Positions 24,245 through 37,727 of a stretch of 64,000 nt of DNA are shown one piece after another. The stretch is from Eledone cirrhosa (Eukaryota). The position numbers were made by a program, and so were the translations under genes. Under the pieces are notes generated by a model. The model was not told the DNA's origin, ran no database searches, and worked only from the letters and a program-made list of their open reading frames with translations. Within the stretch, counting starts at the first letter, position 1, and each line of letters starts with the position of its first letter. The stretch lies in assembly GCA_964016885.1 (NCBI GenBank), contig OZ024741.1, positions 194,308,001 through 194,372,000 of the forward strand, given 5' to 3'.

Positions 24245-25188
24245 TAACTAAGGTGGGTAAAATTCCCGAGATCCATGGACGAGTTCTCTCCAGCGGTCTC
24301 TGTCCCTCATTATCGCTGCCATATCCTGCATCTCCAACAGACCAGTGTCTGTCCTTAGGGCATCAACATATGTTAACCTTGGTCTTCCTCTTCTAGTGTG
24401 TCCATGTAGGGGCTCCCAAAGGAGCACTGAGTGCAATGTCAACTCTGGATGTCGGTGAGCATGTCCAGCCAACCTCAGTCTCCTCTGTGTCACTTTTGAG
24501 CTGACTTTTGGGATGCTCCCATACAGATCTGAGTTTTTCATCCTCAGTGTATACTGATTAATGTTCAGAGCCATCCTCAGCATTCTCGTGTAGCACCCAT
24601 CCACCATCTGAGTGAGTCTCTTGGTCAGTGTCCAAGTCTCAGACCCATACAGCAGCACAGACTCCACTGATGGGATGACAGAGTTCTTTGAGATACCGGC
24701 TGGAGTGCTCCAGGGAGATACATTGGCTCCCTACCTTTTTATCATCGTAGTGGACTATTGTATGCGCCTTGCACTGAAGAAACACCAGGACACTGACTTT
24801 ACTGTAGCACCGGCTCAGAGCAGGAGAGTTGGGGCGAAAAAGGTATCGGATGCTGAATTTGCCGACGACATAGTTTTGGTGACAAATACAGTGAAGGAGG
24901 CAGAGGATTTGATGCGGGAGGTTGAGACTATGTCGATGAGTGTGGGGATGAGAATGAATGAGACTAAAACAAAATATCTGGTAGAGAATGTTGAGAAGCC
25001 AGAGGGGATCACTAATGTAGGCGGGAAGCCGCTGGAATTGGTTGAGGACTTCCTGTATTTGGGAGCAAAGATTGGGAATACGGAAGATGATGTGGTTGAG
25101 AGGAAGAGCAAGGCCTGGGCGGCGTGTCACAGCTTGAGATCGGTGTGGAAGTCGGACCTTCGTAGAGACCTGAAAATCCGCCTCTTCA
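24245..25188 (-). mobile_element. RTE-clade LINE with 5' inversion
   Basis: Minus 24248-24667 [17 protein letters not shown]; plus 24666-25188 [27 protein letters not shown]. Confidence 0.85.
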
Positions 25189-25261
25189 TATACATATATA
25201 TATACATATATATATATACATATATATATATACATATATATATATACATATATATATATAC

Positions 25262-25351
<90 letters not shown>

Positions 25352-25449
25352 ATATACATATATATATACATATATATATATACATATATATATATACATA
25401 TATATATATACATATATATATATACATATATATACATACATATATATAC

Positions 25450-25498
<49 letters not shown>

Positions 25499-25607
25499 CA
25501 TATATATATATACATATATATATATACATATATATATATACATATATATATATACATATATATACATATATACATATATACATATATATATACATATATA
25601 TATATAC

Positions 25608-25638
<31 letters not shown>

Positions 25639-25683
25639 CATATATACATATATACATATATACATATACATATATATATATAC

Positions 25684-25714
<31 letters not shown>

Positions 25715-25823
25715 CATATATACATATATATATATATACATATATACATATACATATATATATATACATATATATATATACATATATATATATACATATA
25801 TATATATACATATACATATATAC

Positions 25824-25878
<55 letters not shown>

Positions 25879-25948
25879 CATATACATATATACGTCATCA
25901 TCATCATCATTTTACGTCTGCTTTTCCCTGCTTGCAAGGGTGGGACGG

Positions 25949-26000
<52 letters not shown>

Positions 26001-26063
26001 TATATACATATACACATATATATACATATACATATATACACATATACATATATACATATACAC

Positions 26064-26111
<48 letters not shown>

Positions 26112-26176
26112 ATATATATATATATACATATATACATATATACATATATATATACATATATACATATATACATATA

Positions 26177-26630
26177 TGGTGGCTGCCAACTCGTTTTCGA
26201 GTACGGCCACTACTTTATATCCATGTAGGAGAACCCCTACCGATGCGCTGAAGGAGTGTGACTTTTTAGTCCAGCCAGCGACCCGAAAACTCTGGCACAA
26301 ACACCACACTTCTGACAACCATTGATACACAGCGCTGGGCCCATGGTACCATGTGAGGACAAGCGCAGAGAGATCTCCAGATATAAAGCAATGCCTGTGC
26401 CGTGAAGCTTTTATAGTGAGCAAAGGCACTGCACAAAGCCAGTCCCACTCTCTTAAACAAGATGATATTTACCAAAAAGAAGAACAAGTCAACATCATTG
26501 GATACCATCAGGGTTGCAGGTGTTATATCAGAGTTTTCCTTCTCCTAGAATTCTGCCTTGACAAAGGCTAAGGGGTCATCTCTCCCGGTGATTTTGGATG
26601 GCCATTGACTCTTAAGAGCACCTTTGCCCT
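26177..26630 (-). mobile_element. Dispersed repeat resembling an RTE 5'-UTR-derived element (copy 1)
   Basis: Highly similar to 27406-27860; CTAGGAGAAGGAAAACTCTGA motif on minus. Confidence 0.55.
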
Positions 26631-26718
26631 ACATATATACATATATACATATATACATATATATATACATATATACATATATACATATATATATACATAT
26701 ACATACATACATATACAT

Positions 26719-26751
<33 letters not shown>

Positions 26752-26930
26752 CATATACATATATACATATATATATATATACATATATATATATACATAT
26801 ATATGTAGGAGGTGAGTTTTATTGTAGTACAATAAAGCAATGCAGATATCGGATAAGAAGCACTCTACAGTTTGTAGGACTGGAGTATACATAATATAAG
26901 ATCAAAAGATGGTTAAAGGAGTTCCATGTA

Positions 26931-26997
26931 TTTTATTATGCGCATTTCAAAAACAAACATCATCATGCAATAATATTTGTGTTTTCATCAGATAAAA
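26931..26997 (-). ncRNA. Type I hammerhead ribozyme (left palindrome arm)
   Basis: Reverse complement of 27122-27188. Confidence 0.85.
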
Positions 26998-27121
26998 CAG
27001 GAGAACATGATATGAAGGCTAAAAAACACTTGTGGATAGTGCAGTTTTAAATCAACATATATGTTGATTTAAAACTGCACTATCCACAAGTGTTTTTTAG
27101 CCTTCATATCATGTTCTCCTG

Positions 27122-27188
27122 TTTTATCTGATGAAAACACAAATATTATTGCATGATGATGTTTGTTTTTGAAATGCGCATAATAAAA
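27122..27188 (+). ncRNA. Type I hammerhead ribozyme (right palindrome arm)
   Basis: TTTTAT-CTGATGA-AAAC ACAAATATTATT gcat GATGATGTTTGT TTTT-GAAA-TGCGCA-T-A-ATAAAA; palindromic ATGCGCAT; AUA site. Confidence 0.85.
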
Positions 27189-27240
27189 TACATGGAACTC
27201 CTTTAACCATCTTTTGATCTTATATTATATACATATATAT

Positions 27241-27319
<79 letters not shown>

Positions 27320-27405
27320 CATATATATATATACATATATATACATATATATATATACATATATATATATACATATATATACATATATATATATACATAT
27401 ATATA

Positions 27406-27948
27406 TGGTGGCTGCCAACTCGTTTTCGAGTACGGCCACTACTTTATATGCATATAGGAGAACCCCTACCGATGCGCTGAACGACTGTGACTTTTTAGTC
27501 CAGCCAGCGACTTGAAAGCTCTGGTACAAACACTACACTTGTGACAATTATTGACACATAGTGCTGGGCCCATGGTACCATGTGACGACAAGTGCAGAGA
27601 GATCTCCAGATATAAAGCAATGCCTGTGCCGTGAAGCTTTTATAGTGAGCAAAGGCACTGCACAAAGCCAGTCCCACTCTCTTAACCAAGATGATATTTA
27701 CCAAAAAGAAGAACAAGTCAACATCATTGGATACCATCAGGGTTGCAGGTGTTATATCAGAGTTTTCCTTCTCCTAGAATTCTGCCTTGACAAAGGCTAA
27801 GGGGTCATCTCTCCAGGGGATTTTGGATGGCCATTGACTCTTAAGAGCTCCTTTGCCCTTTGACAGGTTTTGTTTTTAGTCCTGCAGGATGTCCAAAGCC
27901 ACCCTCCTCACCAAGAAACCTTGGTGGGGTTGCCAGTTTAGTCGCCAA
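27406..27948 (-). mobile_element. Dispersed repeat resembling an RTE 5'-UTR-derived element (copy 2, longer)
   Basis: Matches 26177-26630 plus ~90 bp extra. Confidence 0.55.
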
Positions 27949-29437
<1,489 letters not shown>

Positions 29438-31152
29438 ATGAAATGCAGTTCGGGTTTGTGTCAGGAAAAATTACCACAGACGCTCTTTTCATTGTACGAC
29501 AACTACAGGAGAAGTACCTAGCTAAAAGTAAACCCCTATACTTAGCTTTTGTCGACTTGGAGAAGGCCTTCGACAGAGTCCCCTGTTCCATTATCTGGTG
29601 GGCTCTTAGAAAACTAGGTGTTGATGAATGGCTTGTGAGAGCTATACAAGCCATGTATAAAGAAACAGTCAGCAAGGTTAGAATTAACAACGAATATAGT
29701 GAAGAGTTTAGTGTAAAAGTTGGTGTTCATCAGGGCTCTGTTCTTAGCCCCCTACTATTTATTATTGCCCTCCAGGCTATAACAGTGGAGTTCAAGACCG
29801 GCTGCCCATTGGAACTCCTATACGCAGATGATCTAATGCTCATAGTTGAATCAATGGCCGAGCTAGAGAAGAAATTCCAAACATGGAAGCACGGCCTAGA
29901 ATCAAAAGGCCTTAAAATTAACCTGGCTAAGACTAAAGTTCTAGTTTGTAAGAAAGAAAATAAGGCGGCGGTCCCCTCCGGGAAGTGGCCATGCGCAGAG
30001 TGTAGCAAAGGCGTAGGTAGAAATTCCATTTTGTGTCCCAAATGCAAAGTTTGGGTGCATAAAAGATGTAGTGGGATCACAGGTAAGCTAACTAAGAACA
30101 TAGATTTTACATGTGGCCGGTGTTCTGGGGCAATAAGTAGCAGCAAGTGCCCACAAAATACTAGCTCTTTCAACTGCGCAGAGGGTTCTATAGAAATAGT
30201 GGACAGCTTCCGTTACCTGGGTGATAAAATCAGCAGTGGGGGAGGGTGCTCTGAAAGTACAGTAGCTAGAGTCAGAACTGGATGGACAAAGTTCAGAGAG
30301 CTTATACCACTATTAGCCGCTAAAGGGTTCTCCCTAAAAATGAAAGGCAGGCTGTACGATGCCTGCATACGAACAGCAATGTTGCATGGCAGTGAGACCT
30401 GGGCATTGTGTGCAGAGGATATACGCAGACTAGAGAGAAACGAAGCTTGCATGCTCCGCTGGATGTGTAATAGTAATATACGTGAACTAAGGAAAAAATT
30501 AGAAATAAGAGGGATCAGATGTTGTTTACTAGAGAGAAGGCTACGTTGATATGGTCACGTGATGCGCATGAAGGACGATAGCTGTATAACAAAGTGCAGG
30601 GCAATAAAGATAGACGGTAGCCACAGAATAGGCAGACCCAGAAAAACCTGGGACGAGCTGATAAACTCCGACCTCACACACTTACACCTCACCAAGACAA
30701 TGTCACTGGACCGAGACCTTTGGTGGTACTCAGTAATAGAGAAGACCCGCCTTACCTAAATACAAAGTAAAACCTACTACAGTCAGTAGGCATCTCTAAC
30801 AAAATACACCCCCGTCCCACCACCCCCACCCCATCCACACTGCCCCCTTCTATGTAAAGTTATGTTGGTGCCACACCATCCAGGCCGAAACAAATGAGAT
30901 CGTGTAGGTGTCACGACAAAAAAACACACAGTCCACGCTGTAATGTGGCCGTGTAGGCAACACGGTAAAAACCTCCCAGACCCACACTGTAACTGTGGTT
31001 GGTGTTAGGAAGGGCATCCAACTGTAGAAAACCGGCCAGACAGTCCTATGCGAGCAAGACAATCACTCTTGCCTCAAGTGGGAAAACCCCCATCCAAACC
31101 CACGCAAGCGTGGAACACGTACGTTAAGCGTTGATGATGATGATGATGATGA
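29438..31152 (+). mobile_element. 5'-truncated RTE LINE (copy A) with PHD-containing RT and premature stop
   Basis: [29 protein letters not shown]..; TGA at 30547; 3' UTR and (GAT)n tail. Confidence 0.93.
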
Positions 31153-31331
31153 TATATACATATACATATATATATATACACACATATATATATATATATA
31201 TATACAAACATATATATATATATATACACATATATATATATATATACAAACATATATATATATATATACACATATATATATATATACACACATATATATA
31301 TATATATACACATATATATATATATACACAC

Positions 31332-31378
<47 letters not shown>

Positions 31379-31393
31379 CATATATATATATAT

Positions 31394-34300
31394 GCTACAA
31401 ATTTTTCTGGGTGGGAAATGACGATGGGATGGGTGGTGTAGGTATACTATTAGCTGACAAGTGGGTAGATAAAGTAATCTCAGTGTACAGGGTAAATGCA
31501 AGAATCATTAAACTCAGACTAGTCCTGAATAAGACAATTACCACAATAATATCAGCTTACGCACCCCAATCGGGGCTGCCAGACGAACTTAAGGATAGGT
31601 TTTACGAGTCCCTAATACACACTACTGCTCTAACAGACGACAAGGACTTCCTAATCATTGCAGGAGATTTTAACGGACACGTAGGTAAACACTGCGACGG
31701 CTTCAATAGAGTACATGGAGGCCATGGAGTTGGCACAAGGAATGAGGAAGGATTCAGACTTCTAGAATTCTGCGACGCCAATGACATGTCGATATGTAAC
31801 ACAAACTTTAAAAAACCCGACAACCACCTGATCACCTATAGATCAGGGGAGCACTCTAGTCAGTTAGATTTTATCCTCATCAGAGGACGTGACAGATGGA
31901 CGGTCGTAAACACAAAAGCCTTCCCTAGTGAGGAATGTACATCCCAACATAGCTTAGTTGTCAGCGACCTCACGGTCAGAACTAGACGAGCCCTGAAACA
32001 GAGGCCAACCTGGAGAAGAAAGATCTGGAAGCTGAAAGTCCCCTCAACCAGTAACAGATTTAAAGATATTTTACTCAACGCCTACGACAGTAAAGAAGAA
32101 CAGATAGAGACATTTAACGTAGAAGAGAACTGGGAGTTCCTAAAAAATAACTTACTAGAGGCGACGGATGAGGTTTGTGGCTGGAGTAAGACCTCAAGCA
32201 GGAGGAGAGTGACTTGGTGGTGGAACAATAAGGTAGATGAAGCAGTCAAGGCCAAGAGACAGGCATGGAAAGAATGGAAGAACGGGGGGAGCAGGGTACA
32301 TTACATAGAGACCAAGAGGGAAGCTAGGCGACAAGTATACTTAGCTAGGAGGGAAGCAGAGGATAGAAAATTCAAGCATGTTTTACAACGTGAGGACCAG
32401 AAACAGGAGGTATTCAAGATTGCGAGGCAGTGTGTCAGAGATAGTTGTGATGTCATTGGAGAGAAGTGTATCCGGAATGATAAAGGTGAGCTTGCCCTCA
32501 CAAGTGCTGAGAAGAAAGATGCATGGAAGAGTCATTATGATAGATTACTAAATGAGGAGAATGCATGGGAAGAAGAGACCCTACCCCACGTAGACCCTAT
32601 AGAGGGACCAGCAGTACAAGTCAGCGGCAGCGTAGTAAGTAAGGCAATCAGAGATATGAAGATAGGGAAGGCAACCGGTCCATCGGGTATAGCTGCCGAG
32701 ATGCTGAAGGCATCTGGGTCTGTAGGTCACACTATAACCACACGTATCGTTAACCAGGTAATACTAGAGGGGGCCATACCAAAAGATTGGTGCAGTAGCA
32801 TCATTGTCAACTGCTACAAAGGTAAAGGCGATGCACTAGATAGAGGAAACTATAGAGGTATAAAGTTGATGGACCAGGTCATGAAAGTAACAGAAAGAGT
32901 TATAGCACAGCTGATTAGGGACCGGGTGAATATAGACGAGATGCAATTTGGGTTTGTTCCAGGGAAAGGCACCACTGATGCGCTCTTCCTTGTGAGGCAA
33001 TTACAGGAAAAGTACCTAGCTAAAAGTAAGCCACTCTACTTGGCATTTGTCGACCTTGAGAAAGCCTTTGACAGAGTTCCACGTGCAGTAATCTGGTGGG
33101 CTCTTAGAAAACTAGGAGTAGATGAATGGCTTGTGAAAGCGGTACAAGCCATGTATAGGGGAGCAGTCAGCAAAGTTAGGATTGGCAATGAGTATAGCGA
33201 GGAATTTAGCGTACAGGTTGGGGTCCACCAGGGCTCTGTTCTTAGCCCTCTCCTGTTCATCATAGTCCTGCAGGCAATAACGGAGGAGTTTAAGACCGGA
33301 TGCCCATGGGAACTCCTGTATGCTGATGACCTCGCACTCATAGCTGAATCTATGGTAGAACTAGAGAATAAATTCCAAACCTGGAAGCAGGGACTAGAGA
33401 GAAAGGGCCTCAAAGTCAACATGACAAAGACTAAGGTCCTTATAAGTAGACGAGAAAACAGAACCCAGATCCCCTCAGGGAAATGGCCTTGCTCAGTATG
33501 TAGGAAAGGTGTAGGTAGGAACTCCATTCTTTGCCCCAAATGCAAACAATGGGTACACAAGAGATGTAGCGGGATCTCAGGAAGCTTAATTAAGAATGTA
33601 GGATTCACATGCAGCAGCTGTGCTGAAACAGCAAGCAAACAGCCACAGGAAACAAGTACCACCAATCTCTGGGAGGGCCCTGTAGAAACAGTAGACAGCT
33701 TCTGCTACCTAGGTGACCGAATTAGCAACGGAGGTGGGTGCTCAGAAACTACAATAACTAGGGTAAGAACGGGATGGAAGAAGTTTAGGGAACTACTACC
33801 ACTGCTAGCTGCAAAAGGCTTCTCCCTCAGAATGAAAGGCAGACTGTATGATGCGTGTATCCGAACAGCGATGTTGCATGGTAGTGAGACCTGGGCGCTG
33901 AAGGTGGAAGACTTACGTAGATTAGAGAGAAACGAAGCCTGCATGCTCCGATGGATGTGTAACAGTAATATACGTGAACGACAAAGCATAAATGAATTGA
34001 GAGAGAGACTGAGCATAAGAGGAATCAAATGCTGCGTGCAGGAGAGGCGGTTACGCTGGTATGGACATGTGATGCGTATGAAGGATGACAGCTGCATAAA
34101 AAGGTGCAGAGCACTAGAAGTTGATGGAAACCGCGGAGTGGGGAGACCCAAGATGACTTGGGATGAGGTGATAAAAGCCGACCTTACCCAACTACACCTC
34201 TCAAAGTCAATGACACACGACCGTGACTTCTGGCGTCACGCAGTAATACAGGGTACCCGACCTCCCATGGGTACATGCTGAAGCATATAAACAATATGCC

Positions 34301-34585
34301 CCCCCCCCCCCCCCCACCGCAAGGTGGTCGTGGAGGTGCCACGGCAAAAAAGCACCCAGCCCACACTGTAAAGTGGACGTGTAGGCGCCACGAAAAAGCA
34401 CCCAGCACTCACTGTAAATGAGGTTGGTGTTAGGAAGGGCATCCAGCTGTAGAAATCAAGCCAGATCAGTTCCTGTATGAGCAAGGCATGGTCAGCCGAC
34501 CAGACACTGCCCACAACAGGACAACCCGTCTAACCCATGCTAGCGTGGAAGAACGGACGTAAAACGGTGATGATGATGATGATGA
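31394..34585 (+). mobile_element. Near-full-length RTE LINE, slightly 5'-truncated
   Basis: Continuous APE+RT frame, 3' UTR and (GAT)n tail; inserted in (TA)n. Confidence 0.95.
31411..34281 (+). CDS. RTE ORF: AP endonuclease + reverse transcriptase with embedded PHD-type finger (N-terminus missing)
   Basis: [45 protein letters not shown]; C4HC3 at 33490-33621. Confidence 0.92.
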   Translation: MGNDDGMGGVGILLADKWVDKVISVYRVNARIIKLRLVLNKTITTIISAYAPQSGLPDELKDRFYESLIHTTALTDDKDFLIIAGDFNGHVGKHCDGFNRVHGGHGVGTRNEEGFRLLEFCDANDMSICNTNFKKPDNHLITYRSGEHSSQLDFILIRGRDRWTVVNTKAFPSEECTSQHSLVVSDLTVRTRRALKQRPTWRRKIWKLKVPSTSNRFKDILLNAYDSKEEQIETFNVEENWEFLKNNLLEATDEVCGWSKTSSRRRVTWWWNNKVDEAVKAKRQAWKEWKNGGSRVHYIETKREARRQVYLARREAEDRKFKHVLQREDQKQEVFKIARQCVRDSCDVIGEKCIRNDKGELALTSAEKKDAWKSHYDRLLNEENAWEEETLPHVDPIEGPAVQVSGSVVSKAIRDMKIGKATGPSGIAAEMLKASGSVGHTITTRIVNQVILEGAIPKDWCSSIIVNCYKGKGDALDRGNYRGIKLMDQVMKVTERVIAQLIRDRVNIDEMQFGFVPGKGTTDALFLVRQLQEKYLAKSKPLYLAFVDLEKAFDRVPRAVIWWALRKLGVDEWLVKAVQAMYRGAVSKVRIGNEYSEEFSVQVGVHQGSVLSPLLFIIVLQAITEEFKTGCPWELLYADDLALIAESMVELENKFQTWKQGLERKGLKVNMTKTKVLISRRENRTQIPSGKWPCSVCRKGVGRNSILCPKCKQWVHKRCSGISGSLIKNVGFTCSSCAETASKQPQETSTTNLWEGPVETVDSFCYLGDRISNGGGCSETTITRVRTGWKKFRELLPLLAAKGFSLRMKGRLYDACIRTAMLHGSETWALKVEDLRRLERNEACMLRWMCNSNIRERQSINELRERLSIRGIKCCVQERRLRWYGHVMRMKDDSCIKRCRALEVDGNRGVGRPKMTWDEVIKADLTQLHLSKSMTHDRDFWRHAVIQGTRPPMGTC

Positions 34586-34648
34586 TATATATATATATAT
34601 ACACATATATATATATATATATACACATATATATATATATATATACAC

Positions 34649-34683
<35 letters not shown>

Positions 34684-34711
34684 CATATATATACACATAT
34701 ATATATATATA

Positions 34712-35610
34712 CTGAACGGATGGAAAAAGTTCAGAGAGCTTATACCACTATTAGCCGCTAGAGGGTTCTCCCTAAAAATGAAAGGCAGGTTATACGATGC
34801 CTGCATACGAACAGCAATGCTGCATGGCAGTGAGACCTGGGCATTGTGTGCAGAGGATATACGCAGACTAGAGAGGAACGAAGCTTGCATGCTCCGCTGG
34901 ATGTGCAATAGTAATATACGTGAACGGCTAAGCATAAACAAACTAAGGAAAAAATTAGAAATAAGAGGGATCAGATGTTGTTTACTCGAGAGAAGGCTAC
35001 GTTGGTATGGTCACGTGATGCGCATGAAGGACGATAGCTGTATAACAAAGTGCAGGGCAATAAAGATAGACGGTAGCCACAGAATAGGCAGACCCAGAAA
35101 AACCTGGGACGAGCTGATAAACTCCGACCTCACACACTTACACCTCACCAAGACAATGTCACTGGACCGAGACCTTTGGCGGTACTCAGTAACAGAGAAG
35201 ACCCGCCTTACCTAAATACAAAGTAAAACCTACTACAGTCAGTAGGCATCTCTAACAAAATACACCCCCGTCCCACCACCCCCACCCCATCCACACCGCC
35301 CCCTTCTATGTAAAGTTATGTTGGTGCCACACCATCCAGGCCGAAACAAATGAGATCGTGTAGGTGTCACGACAAAAAAAACACACAGTCCACGCTGTAA
35401 TGTGGCCGTGTAGGCAACACGGTAAAAACCTCCCAGACCCACACTGTAAATGTGGTTGGTGTTAGGAAGGGCATCCAACTGTAGAAAACCTGCCAGACAG
35501 TCCTATGCGAGCAAGACAATCACTCTTGCCTCAAGTGGGAAAACCCCCATCCAAACCCATGCAAGCGTGGAACACGGACGTTAAACGTTGATGATGATGA
35601 TGATGATGAT
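34712..35610 (+). mobile_element. 5'-truncated RTE (hybrid of copies B and A)
   Basis: 5' part matches the 36040 copy; 3' part matches the 29438 copy. Confidence 0.9.
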
Positions 35611-35806
35611 ATATACATATACATATATATATATACACACATATATATATATACACACATATATATATATATATACACACATATATATATATATATACAC
35701 ACATATATATATATATATATACACACATATATATATATATACACACATATATATATATATACACACATATATATATATATACACACATATATATATATAT
35801 ACACAC

Positions 35807-35837
<31 letters not shown>

Positions 35838-35838
35838 C

Positions 35839-35889
<51 letters not shown>

Positions 35890-35918
35890 CATATATATTT
35901 ATACATATATATATATAC

Positions 35919-35949
<31 letters not shown>

Positions 35950-35976
35950 CACATATATATATATATATATACACAC

Positions 35977-36011
<35 letters not shown>

Positions 36012-36039
36012 CATATATATACACATATATATATATATA

Positions 36040-36933
36040 CTGAACGGATGGAAAAAGTTCAGAGAGCTTATACCACTATTAGCCGCTAGAGGGTTCTCCC
36101 TAAAAATGAAAGGCAGGTTATACGATGCCTGCATACGAACAGCAATGCTGCATGGCAGTGAGACCTGGGCATTGTGTGCAGAGGATATACGCAGACTAGA
36201 GAGGAACGAAGCTTGCATGCTCCGCTGGATGTGCAATAGTAATATACGTGAACGGCTAAGCATAAACAAACTAAGGAAAAAATTAGAAATAAGAGGGATC
36301 AGATGTTGTTTACTCGAGAGAAGGCTACGTTGGTACGGTCACGTGATGCGTATGAAAGACGACAGCTGTATAACAAAGTGCAGGGCAATAAAGATAGATG
36401 GTAGCTACGGAATAGGCAGACCCAGAAAAACCTGGGACGAGCTGATAAACTCCGACCTCACACACTTACACCTCACCAAGACAATGTCACTGGACCGAGA
36501 CCTTTGGCGGTACTCAGTAATAGAGAGGACCCGCCAAACCTAAATACAAGGTAAAAACCTACTACAGTCAGTAGGCATCTCTATCAAAACACACCCCCGT
36601 CCCACCACCTCCACCCCATCCACACCACCCCTTTCAATGTAAAGTTATGTTGGTCCCACAACATCCAGGCCGAAACAAATGAGATCGTGTAGGTGTCACG
36701 ACAAAAAAACACACAGTCCACGCTGTAATGTGGCCGTGTAGGCAACACGGTAAAAACCTCCCAGCCCCACACTGTAAATGTGGTTGGTGTTAGGAAGGGC
36801 ATCCAGCTGTAGAAAACCCGCCAGACAGTCCTATGCGAGCAAGACAACCACTCTTGCCTGAAGTGGGACAACCCCCGTCCAAACCCATGCAAGCGTGGAA
36901 CACGGACGCTAAACCTGATGATAATGATGATGA
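36040..36933 (+). mobile_element. 5'-truncated RTE (copy B)
   Basis: [28 protein letters not shown]; 3' UTR; (GAT)n. Confidence 0.9.
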
Positions 36934-36962
36934 TACATATATATATATATACATATATATAC

Positions 36963-36994
<32 letters not shown>

Positions 36995-37022
36995 ACATAT
37001 ATACATATATATACATATATAC

Positions 37023-37109
<87 letters not shown>

Positions 37110-37116
37110 CATATAC

Positions 37117-37211
<95 letters not shown>

Positions 37212-37264
37212 CATATACATATATACATATATACATATATATATATATACATATACATATATAC

Positions 37265-37349
<85 letters not shown>

Positions 37350-37408
37350 CATATATATATATACATATATATATATACATATATATATATATACATATAT
37401 ATATATAC

Positions 37409-37455
<47 letters not shown>

Positions 37456-37466
37456 CATATATATAC

Positions 37467-37663
<197 letters not shown>

Positions 37664-37727
37664 CATATATAGATATATATACATATACATATATATATAT
37701 ACATATATATATATATACATATATATA

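Larger units (their letters stand above)
26891..27228. repeat. Perfect 338-bp spacerless palindrome
   Basis: Centre between 27059 and 27060 (ATCAACATA|TATGTTGAT); the arms read as exact reverse complements. Confidence 0.93.
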
